Shown here: piece after piece, positions 12,101 to 24,100 of the stretch
Position numbering within the stretch: position 1 is the first letter of the stretch
Layout: every line of letters begins with the position of its first letter
NCBI GenBank assembly: GCA_026770705.1
Contig: JANJGN010000014.1
Coordinates: 68,634,001-68,698,000 of the forward strand
Direction of reading: 5' to 3'
From: Isurus oxyrinchus
Taxonomy: Eukaryota
DNA length: 64,000 bases
Notes under the pieces: model-generated
Database searches by the model: none
Seen by the model: only the letters and a program-made list of their open reading frames with translations
What the model was told of the DNA's origin: nothing
Translations under genes and position numbers: made by a program

Positions 12101-15100
12101 ATAAATTTATTCTGCTCTCAATTATCTGAACTTTGTTATCCAAAAAAAAGGCTTGGCTAAGTTTTAGTTTAAACAAAGCGTGAAAAATTTAGAAAATTAA
12201 ACAATGTACAGAACCGTAGTATAATTTCTTAGTATTTTGCAACAGTTGAGATGTATTTTTAGATGTCTAATATACCCCCACTTGTTAAAAGCTGGAAAGG
12301 ATAGTTTGTATCAAAATGTGATTGTTGCTTGAACTGGGCAACTTGTCTAATTAATTGCCTTGTTATCTTTTTACTATTTTAAACATGACTTGAATAATCA
12401 TTTGGTGAATTTGCTGATGGCCTAAAACTTTTATTTTGGATCAGGTTGTTACTCGTACTGAAGGCAGAGTGCACACTTTCACCCTCAGAGATGTCCAGTT
12501 GGAGGAGGCTGGTCAAGTCAAACTCACTGCTAAAGACTTTGCAACATCTGCTAAGCTTATCGTTAAAGGTGCGTGATACAATATGCTGATTAAATATTGG
12601 ATTTTTTTTCCAAAACAATATATTTGGCAATGTATTTTATGATTAATGTGTTGAATTTTCATTTAAATCTTTTACAGAACCACCAGTTGAATTCACTAAA
12701 CCTCTGGAGGACCAGATAGTTGAAGAAGAAGCCACTACTATATTGGAATGTGAGGTGTCCAGAGAGAATGCCAAAGTTATATGGCTTAAGGATGAAAAAG
12801 AAATTCATAAAACCCAGAAATATGATATGATTGTTGATGGAAGAGTTAGAAAGCTTATTATCCATGACTGCAAACCTGAAGATGCCCAAACATATACTTG
12901 TGATGCCAAAGACTTCAAGACTTCCTGTTTCCTCACAGTGGAACGTAAGTAAAAGAATGTCCAGTGTTCATAACTGAAGCATTTTGTTCCCATGTTGATG
13001 AAAATATATATGATGCTATTTCTCTGCCAGTAAGATTTTGTTTCTTTCACAGCTCTTCATGTTGAATTTACAAAGCCTCTCACTGATCTTGAGGTGAAAG
13101 AAAAAGAAATGGCCAAATTTGTATGTGAAGTTTCACGTGAAAATGCAAAGGTTTGCTTTTTGCTTAAATCACTGTATCAGTTTTTATTTTTTCACTTTTC
13201 CTTTATGACAATTAAAACCCAATCGTTTTAAAGTGATGAATTAGACAATATATCTGACCTGCTGTGAGACCCACATGTTTTCACTTCTTGTTCACTTGCA
13301 GTGTAAGGTTACAATAAATGAGCCTTCATGGTGAAATAAATTTCCTTGTACATTTTCCTGTACAATGGTCCCTCTCTCCCTTTAGGGTCTGAAAATTAAT
13401 CAATTTCCAGAATTTCCATTTTTCTTGGGGCTGCAGATACTCCCAAGGGGCTGAATTTTGCCCTTGATGGGTGGGCGGGCCCAACCGGCTCGGTGGCAGA
13501 TGGACAGGCAGCCGATCCCCACTGCCGAAACAGGCCCCGCCGCCATTTTGAGTGGGCGAGCCAATTAAGGGCCGCCCAAAGGGAAGCGCTATGCACTTAC
13601 TGGAGGGGGCGGGATTCCCTAACTGTCAGAGTGCACATCTCCCTGAGACCAAGTGCTGCCTCAGGGAGAGCACTGACAGTGGTTGAAACTTTAAAAATAG
13701 AAAAATAAAAAAATTAACATGTCCCCCTCATGTAACATGTTAATAAGTATCACAAAAACTTTATTAAACTTTTTTAAAACAGACATGAAACCTCATCCCG
13801 CCGGTGGATGAGGTTTCATGTTTTTTCAGAAGCTTGCTGGGGCTCCTGGCCTGCCCGCCAGTCTTAAGGTTGGACGGGCAGGGCCTTTAATTAGTTTAAC
13901 TACCCTGTCAATAGCCTCAATTGGCCATTGACAGGTCGGCGGGCGGACAGCTGATCACACTACTTCCCCCCCCCCCCCCCCCGCCTTCCTGAATATTTAA
14001 ATGGGGTGGGATGTTCCCCTCGACGTCATCCCGCGTCATTTTCGCATCAGCGAGCAGGCCCCGCCCCCAGCTTGCCAAAGGAAAAATTTTGCCCAAGGTC
14101 TCTAATCCTCATTTTCTCTACACATGCAGATGGTCAGTGCCAAGTTATACATGCGTGACCTCATCACAGCCCTGGGACCCTCCCAGACCCAAACCTTCTT
14201 GCCAGATGCAATCAACAAGCCCCCAGCCCAAGTCTTCTTTGCTAATTCCATCTCATATACTAACCCCATACTACACTTTCTGCCTCAGTGCCAGTATCCC
14301 CAATGCCAGTGGGTATGTTATGCTGTGTTTCCACTACCAATAACCTAGGATTTTCAGGGCTTCTCCAAGAATGCAGGATATCATAGATAAAAACAAAACA
14401 AAACTGCGGATGCTGGAAATCCAAAACAAAAACAGAATTACCTGGAAAAACTCAGCAGGTCTGGCAGCATCGGCGGAGAAGAAAAGAGTTGACGTTTCGA
14501 GTCCTCATGACCCTTCGACAGAACTTGATGAAAACAGGATATCATAGTCTTGTTTCTGTGACCAGGAGGCACTCAGACTCAAATGTCCCTTGAAACGCTG
14601 TCCATCAGTAACTAGAAGGCCCTGAAGTTTGTGACTTATAGCACAACATCAGATTTCTTAGGACAGCAGCTATATTCTGTTTCCTGCTTTGTTTTTTGGC
14701 TAGGAAATGTAACTGCACTTGCCCAGTGTTAGGATAGAGAAATTCAGGAAACTGCTTGTTTATTTTTAGATAGCACTGTTCTTTACTTGTTTACACTGCC
14801 CTAACGTTCCACAATGCTCCTCCAAATCTAATTGTAACTCAGTTAGCAGAAACCTTCCCTTTTAAGCATGTTCTGCTAGCAGAATTGCATGATTTTTTTC
14901 CCAGGAGTTTAACTAGTCAATCAACATTTACCAATATTAGAATTTCTATTAGAACCTATCACATCTGTAAAATTAGGTGCTCCCTTTATTCCAAGCATTT
15001 ATAATGAAATAATAAGAAGGAATCGGTTCCCTAATTCCTCTCAGAGAAGGAAACCTGAAATTCCTATCAGTCCCTATTCCACTCTCACAACATGTTGTTG

Positions 15101-18100
15101 ACTTTTAATACACTCTGAAGTGACGTTACAAATCCTTTAATTGTAAAATAATCACAACAAAACAGTGCAATAAGAGAAATATAAAAAATATTTGCCTAGA
15201 CCCAGTTAGCAGGTCAGGCCAAAACTCAGGCAACCCAGAACAGTCAAACCTGAAAAAAAACATTTTGCCAACCTCTGGGAACTAATGCCCAAGTTAGAAG
15301 AATGTCGGTAGTTGTATCAAGAAACTGCTGGACATTGCTGAGCTCAAAGAATCATACCTTTCAGTCAGTATTGCAGACTGCTGCATCACCATTCCTAGGT
15401 ATGTCTTATCACACTTATTGAAGAGACCTACCAGAATAGAGGCTAATCGGGAACAGAAGCATAGTTGTGATGTTGCTGGACTGGTAATACAGAGGCTTGG
15501 ACTGATGTTCCAGAGCCATGGGGCTGGATTTCCCCAAGAGGGACAGAAAGCATGCATCAACCTAGGCAATGAAAACATTCTTCTCAATAACATCTGGAAA
15601 TTTATACAAAAATTAGGAGAGCTATTCCACAGACTAGCCTAGCAACAGCCTGACATAGTCATGCTCAGAGACTCATATCTTGCAGCCAATGTCCGAGACT
15701 CCTCCAACACCATCTGTGTTTATGTCCTGTCCCACCTGCAGACCCATTAGAGGTGATGGAACAGTGGCATACAATCAGTAGGGAGAAGGTCTGAGAGTCC
15801 TCATCATGGACTCCAGACTGGATAACATCAGGTCCAACATGGACAAGGAAACCTCCTGCTAATTACCACCTTTTGCCCTCCCTCAGCTGAAGAATCAGTA
15901 CTCCTCCATGTTGAACATCAATTGAAGAAGCGTTGAGGGTGGGAAGGGCACAGAATATAGCTAAGGATGTAACCTCGCCCTTGTCCCATTTCTTTTAAAT
16001 TTTATAGCAGCTTATAATTTCTTCAGGGCATGGCAAAACAATTTAGAACCAAAGGGTTACATAGAATTAAATAGTGCTGAATTTTACACTCCAAGATTGG
16101 AAGCATTTGCCACTTTGCGGTGTGTATTACGGGGTGTGATGACCTTGGGCGCGTTTACAACGTCAACACGCTTGTTTCTGATAAAATGGCAGGTGGGCGG
16201 GTCAAAAAATTAGAAACCTGCCCGCGTGATTTAAATATCAATTTAAAAAACAATTCAGCTAATTAGCTACCTATCTCTCTTCAATAATACTATCAGAAGG
16301 CAAAAACCAGGGTGAGATTTACGACTGGTGGGGAATCCGTTTTTTTAAGGGCAGGCTTGTTTTGGCGGGTTTTAAAACTGCAGCTGAGACCAGAGTCTCA
16401 GCTTTGCAGTTCAAACTTTATTAACTGCAGGGACTGATCATCTGAGTGGACAGAGGAACCTTTTGGATATTTTTCATGAGGAGAACTCGCCTCCAATTCA
16501 GTGAGCTCTTTTGATGGATTATTTCCTGTCCATTACCCAGGGGTGAGGGGTGAAAAGTATCTGAGACAGATGGGGATTGTGGCCTCAGTTGGAGACACAA
16601 CTTCCATGGCAATATTTAATAAATATACAGCTCCTCAATCCCAAAAGATGGGAGACTTGCAGAATTTTAAAACTTCTGCCACCTATGAAATTTGACATGG
16701 TTGGCAGAAATTAGCTAAAATTTAAAATAAAAACAAAATGCTGGGAAATACTCAGAAGGCCTGGTAGCATCTATGGAGAGAGAAACAGAGTTGACGTTTT
16801 GAGTCCATATGACTTCTTCAGAGCTGAAGAGAGGTAGAAATATAATGGGTTTTATACTGTTGAAAAGAGGGGATGAAGCAGTTGGAGAAATATGGAAGCT
16901 CAGGGATAGGTGGGAGCTCAGGAGAGATTTGACAAAGATGTCATGGACACAAGACAATAAGAATGGTAATGGTGGTGTTAAAGACTAAGATAGGTGCTAA
17001 TAGTGACATAGAGATCAGATAGCAAAATGTTTTAATAGCAGAACAAGGGTCAGCACTCTCTGAAAGCAAAACATAAGAACAAGTTACAGATTGACCTTGT
17101 TGGGGGTGGGGTGGGGGTTGGGAAAAAATATCAACATGGAGGACAAAGCTCATGGTCTGAATTTGTTGAACTCATTGTTGAGTGCTTAAGGTTGTAAAGT
17201 GCCTAATCGGAGGATGAGGTGCTGTTCCTCTAGATTGTTTTGGGGAACTGGAGGGATAGCACCTCATCTTCCATTTAGGTACTTTACAGCCTTCTGCACT
17301 TAACATTGAGTTCAAAAACTTCAGATCATGAACTCTGCCCTCCATTTTGATATCCTTTTCCCAACGCCTTCCCCCCACAGGGCTAGCCTGTAACTTGTTC
17401 TTATGTTTTGCTTTCAGGGAGCCAAGACCCTTGTTCTGCTATCAACACATTCTGCTGTCTGACCTTTATGTCACCATAAACACCTTCTTTAGTCTTTAAC
17501 ACTATCATTACCACTCCATTTGTCTTGTATCCATGACATCTTTGTCAAATCTCCCCTGAGCTCCCACCTATCCCTGACCTCTCTGCTGAAGTTAAGCATG
17601 CAGGTGCAGCAGGCGATAAAGAAGGCAAATGATATGTTGGCCTTCATAGCCAGAGGATTCAAGTACAGGAACAGGGATGTTTTGCTGCAATTGTGCAGGA
17701 CCTTGATGAGACCACACCTGGAATATTGTGTGCAGTTTTGGTCTCCTTATTTGAGGAAGGATGTACTTGCTATAGAGGAAGTGCAGCGAAGGTTTACCCG
17801 ACTGATTCCTGGGATGGCAAGACTGACATATGAGGAGAGATTGAGTCGGTTAGGATTATATTCACTGGAGTTCAGAAGAATGAGGGGGGATCTCATAGAA
17901 ACCTATAAAATTCTAACGGGACTAGACAGGGTAGATGCAGGAAGGATGTTCCCAATAGTGGGGTGTCCAGAACCAGGGGTCACAGTTTGAGGATACAGGG
18001 TAGACCATTTAGGACTGAGAAGAGCAGAAATTTCTTCACCCAGAGAGTGGTGAGCCTGTGGAATTCACTATCATAGAAAGTAGTTGAGGCCAAAACATTG

Positions 18101-21100
18101 TATGTTTTCAAGAAGAAGTTATATATAGCTCTTGGGGTGAAAGGGATCAAAGGATATGGGGAGAAAGCAGGAGCAGGCTATTGAGTTGGATGATCAGCCA
18201 TGATCATAATGAATAGCAGAGCAGACTCGAAGGGCCGAATGGTCTACTCCTGTTCCTTGTTTCTATGTTTCTATTTTGCTCCACCTGCTCTATCCCTCTC
18301 TTCAACTGTATAAAACCAATCACATTTCTACCTCTCTTCAGCTCTGAAGAAGAGTCATATGGATTTGAAATGTTAACTCGGTGTGTCTCTCCACAGATGC
18401 TGCCAGACCTGCTGAGTTTTTGCAGCATTTTCTGTTTTTATTTCATATTTCCAGCATCCACAATATCTTCCTTTTAGCTAAAATTTAAATTGACTTACCT
18501 GACCAGGCTAGAAGATGCACAGATCTTCAGTATGTTTAATAGATGCGCTCAAATAATTATCTGATAGGTCACCTGACACTGTCAAGTACCAGAGGCCCTT
18601 TAAAATGCTGGCCATTACCTTGTTCCAGGTACCTGCAGCTTCTGAGACTGACATGCCCTCTCCAGCACTCCTGGCGGAATGACGGCGTATAAGCTGCCTT
18701 TGCCTATAATTTGCAGCAATTAGCATATTATTGGGTGCATACAATGGTGGGCCCGGATGTCAGAATGCTACCATCAGAGGAACCCGCCGCCGGTGTACAA
18801 CCATATTATTTAGCACAGAAACACTCCTGTACCAGTGTTTATGCTCCATACAAACATCCTCCCATTCTATTTAGTTCATCTGATCCTCATCTCACCAGAT
18901 CATATCCATCTCTTCCTTTCTCCCTAGTAAACTTATCTGGTTTCTCTTTAACTGCATCTATGTTATTCAGATACCCCACTGCATACAGAAAAAATACATT
19001 CCCGCATACTGAAGTAGACAAGAAAGGCTCTTTGTGTTATCAGATATGACAAATATCCAGGTCAATGATTATATTCCACAGAATGCGCCCAAATATACCT
19101 GAAAAAATTGAGCACCCCCCCACATTCCTCTCTGTAAATGCAACACCCGTGCTTAATCAAAAGTTAACATGGTACTTGCTGTTATCTTACTAAGGAAATT
19201 CGAAGGATATAGGTAGTTCTGCTTACACCAGTGTCTCTTTCAGCATAAATAACTCAAAGCACCAGCACACTAGACTCCAACCTCCCATTATCAGATTTGC
19301 CAAACTCCCTTCTACCGAATTATCTATTCTAACGTATTTTGAAAACAGTATCTTAAATATTTTGAACAGGTTTCACATACTGTATTGAAAAAGATTTTTA
19401 AAATTATCCTGAGCAAGACATTATGGATTTTCTTTTATTTTAGGTTCATTGGTTTAAGGATGGTGTTGAAGTAAGAAAAGGCAAAAAGTATGGCATTGTT
19501 GCTAAAGGTGTGGAGAGAATGCTTATCATTCACAAAAGTAGCTTGGATGATGAAGCTGAATATGAATGTGATGCAAGGACAGCCAAAACATCTGGATTGC
19601 TTACAGTTTTAGGTAATCAAACTATGCATAATTTTATCTATCAGAAACACATTTAAGTTGTTATTGATCCATTTGTACTTATATATGATGCCATGTTTTG
19701 TAGAAGAGGATGCTGTCTTTACGAAGAACCTTGCCAATGTTGATGTTACTGAAGCAAATAGTATTAGACTAGTTTGTGAAGTTTCCAAACCAAATGCTGA
19801 CGTGAGATGGTATAGGGGAGATACAGAGTTGCCTGAAATTGGTCGATATGAACAACTTACAGATGGCAGAAAGCGAATTTTAATAATTCAGAATGCCAAC
19901 CTAGATGATGCTGGTGAATACAATTGCAGACTTCCAACTGCTCGGACTTCATGTGAACTGAAAGTTCATGGTATGTACTGTGGTCTATTCTGATATGAGT
20001 TTGTTTAGTACCTCCATGTCTTAATTTTACACTATATAATTTATCCTCTTAATTTTATTACAGAACTGGCAGCAGAGTTTATTTCTAGACCACAGAATCT
20101 GGAGGTAGTAGAAGGAGACAAAGCAGAGTTTGCCTGTTCAGTATCAAAAGACAACTATGAAGTGAAATGGTTTAAAGGTGACAAAGAGCTTAAAGCAGGT
20201 GATAAATATGAAATCATATCTGATGGCAAAAAACGAATGCTCATTGTCAAGGACTCCATACCAAATGATGAAGGAACTTATGCTGCCATGATTGGTACCT
20301 CAAAAGCACCAGCAGAACTGACAGTAATTGGTAGGTCATGTAAACTAAATTGCATGTCTACAAAAGGATTTACAGGAAATAGGAACATTGCATGTGCACA
20401 GTCAAATTACATTGAATATTGCTGAAAAGACAGACAAGTTGCTGAAGCTTTTTGTCTTGCATCCAGCAGGACAAATGCAATAAATGCCAAATTTCAAACA
20501 ATCGTTTGTCTTTCTTTTCAGCAATATTCAAGTATTATACTGCCAAACAACTGTATCAAATTATATTATTTTAATTAAATTATTAAAAAGAAAAATATAT
20601 AACTGGACATTTTAAATCCCGTCATCTTGCAAAAATGGGAGCAGTAATGGATGGGGATGGTGCACGTAGTGCTCTGTTCACATGCTCTACCATTTCTCCA
20701 GGCTTCCTGCTGGGTATCTGTGACACCTGTCTAAATCAGGCAGAAGCCACATTAGTCTAAATAAATCAGTGTACTATTTCCTATGGGGTCTGGTTAGCCC
20801 AACTGGCTAGATGACTAGAGTGTAGTTCAGCGCGGATTCGGTTCCCATTCCACCTGAGGTACAATTGGAACCTGCACCTCGCCCTACTCCTGAGAGCAGA
20901 AGGCAATGGCAAACCACCATTAACAAAATGTACCAAGAAAATGGCTCAGGATGAAGCATCAGCAGACAAGGAGCCAAGGACCTGCCTTTGGGCAGAGCAC
21001 ATGTCATGACAATTTCCTACATAGGACCCTGATGCCATTTTAACCGCCTGCTGACACAGCCATGGATGCTCCATTCAACTCTGTTCTGCAGTACAGCAGA

Positions 21101-24100
21101 AGATGGCCAATATTTAATTTTGTGGGGCAAAGGTACTGCAGACTCTACAAGAATAATGAGGGTCGCTATCCCCCAAGGTTCCTCTCCACCTTACCCTACC
21201 TTTTGCCGGCCTGCTAACTATTTAGAGACCCAGACTTGGTAAGCTGCATTGGGATGGCCGTTTAAGGCTTGCAAGTCACTGCATACATCTTAATGAAATC
21301 CAGCCCCGGAAATGGGCACCAACAGATGGTCATCTGGCAGATTTCTAAAAGCAGCCGTCGATGTAAAATTCCCAGTGTGTTAAAACATTCTTTAAGGTGT
21401 TCTTTTCCTTGACTGTCAGATAATAAATCAAGAATTTGCAAATATCTGGTCGAAACAAGTCTTTTTTGATTTTAAAATGCAATTCAGTTATACTAATGCT
21501 ACACATCCAGGTATCTGCAAATGGGAATTAAGGGCTAAGGTAAGCAGGGGATTGTTAGTGGAGTGTGCTAATCTTTTGTCTTCTTTGGAGTAGAAAATCA
21601 GTTTCAGGCTTATGAACATTGAATGCCACCCACCCAAGCCCAAGGCCCTAAGTAAGGGAATGTCACTTCAATTATCAGTGTATCCCACCCCTATAATTAA
21701 CATTGTAGGAAAAATTGTTTCTCTCAAATAGATAACTTCATGCAGAAGTATTTGGTCTTAAATTGTTTTATTGTTTTGAATAAACTTGTTTTCCTTTTCA
21801 GAACATCTTAGGATAATAACTCCCATCAAAGACCAGCTGGCCACAGAAGGAGAAGAAATTGTATTTAATTGTGAAGTTAACTCTGAAGGTGCCAGAGCAA
21901 AATGGCTTAGAGATGAAGAAACTATCTTTGATAGTCCAAAATATATCATGCTCCAGAAAAATTTAGTCTTTACCCTCAGAGTCAGAGATTCACAAAAGGA
22001 GGATCAAGGAATGTACTCAATTGCACTAACAAATAATAGAGGAGAACACGCACAATGTTCAGCAACATTAGAAGTACATGGTAAATACTTTATCTTAAAT
22101 GTTAAACAGCTGCACATGCATTATGCAAGTAAAGTGGTATAAGTATTAAATAACTTTTTAATCCATGCAGAGGAAGAACTGAAAATCATTGAACCTCTTG
22201 AAGATTGTGAAACAATGGAGAAGAAATCTGTCACCTTCTGCTGCAAAGTGAACCGTGAAAATGTCACTCTAAAATGGATGAAAAATGGGGAGGAAGTCAC
22301 ATTTGACAAACGACTTCTGTACAAAATTGACAAGAAAAAACATTCTCTTATAATTAGAAACTGTGCATTCAAAGATGAAGGTGAATACACTGTAATTGCT
22401 GGACACGACAAATCAGTTGCTGAACTTCTTATCACAGAAGCACCAACAGATTTCATAGAACATATTCAAGATCAGACTGTCATTGAGTTTGAAGATGCAA
22501 TCTTTTCATGCCAACTATCCAAAGAAAAAGCTGCTGTGAAATGGTACAGGAATGGCAGAGAACTCAGGGAAAGCAAAAAGTATGTTTTATTTTAATTTTT
22601 GTTAAAACAATATCTTGTCATTCATAAGAGTTTCACATATAACATACATATCATTCGTAATCTTGTTACATTGTCAGGTATCAGTTTGAAAAAGATGGTA
22701 GTTTGCACAGACTTATTATAAGGGAATGTCGACCGGAAGATGAATGTGAATATTCCTGTGGTGTTGAAGACAGACGTTCAAGGGCTAGACTGTTTGTTGA
22801 AGGCAAGTACTGATTTAGAAAAACAAGCATACCACAACAATTTTAAAAATTCAGGAAATTCAGGGCCAATTATTATTTTTCTCCTTCCAGAAATCCCAGT
22901 TGAGATCATCAGACCGCCACAAGATATTTTTGAAGCTCCAGAATCAGATGTTATTTTTGAAGCTGAATTGAACAAAGATAAAGTCGAAGTCAAATGGCTC
23001 AGAAACAATATGATAATTGTTCAGGGTGATAAACATCAAATGATGAGTGAAGGAAAGGTTCATCGGTTGCAGGTTTGTAACATTAAACCACGCGATCAGG
23101 GCGGATACAGATTCATTGCCAAGGATAAAGATGCAAGAGCTAAATTGGAACTTGCAGGTAAGTTAGTTTGAATTCTTTGAACGTTCTTGAGGAATATTTT
23201 CTATCACTATTAACAGCTCTGAAGATTTGACATATTCTTGACTTGTGGACGTTCTCATTGTAGCGGTACCAATAATCAAAGTGACAGATCTGAACCTTGT
23301 GATTGACGCTGGAAAACGGTTCACAATAACACTTCCATATGACGCTTACCCACGCGGTGAAGCTGAATGGTTCAGGGAAGACGGTACTACTTCTGACTAT
23401 GTCAGTCTGCCAATACAGAACATTGACACAACTGCAGAAATTACTAGTTATACACTTTTTGATCCAAAGAGAACTGACAGAGGAAGATACAAGATTGTGA
23501 TTGAGAATAAACATGGAAAGGGTGAAGCATATATAAATTTGGATGTTATTGGTAAGTATTCTTTGTTACACATGTTCAATAACTTTGGTATTATGAAAAC
23601 TATTTTTAAAATATCTTCCAAAATGTGATTTCTAAAAAAATATCATCTCTGTCAATATACAGATGTGCCTGGCCCAATCCAGAATTTGAACGTAATAGAC
23701 ACTTGTGATGGCGAGGTCAGCCTTGCTTGGGATGAGCCTGAGACTGATGGTGGTAGCAAAATCCTTGGATATGTTGTAGAACGACGTGATGTAATGCGCA
23801 AAACTTGGACTTTAGCCACTGAGCATGCTGACAATACTGAATTTACAGTGACTGGCCTCCTAAAAGGCGTAGAGTATCTATTCCGTGTCAGTGCAAGGAA
23901 CAGAATAGGTACAGGTGAACCTGTGGAAACTGATATACCTGTTGAAGCTAAAAATAAGTTTAGTAAGTATCAGATCATTTTCATTCACTAGTTTAAATTA
24001 TGAATTCCAAATAATTTCTATGGGTCAGTGTCTCAAAATAAAAATGTTATGACTTTTTTCTAACAGATGTACCTGATGCACCACTGAACGTCCAAGTGAA

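Noticed and set aside
19701-19706. NAGNAG tandem acceptor (tagaag)
   Set aside because: It would only remove one Glu in a linker; common and with no supporting evidence.
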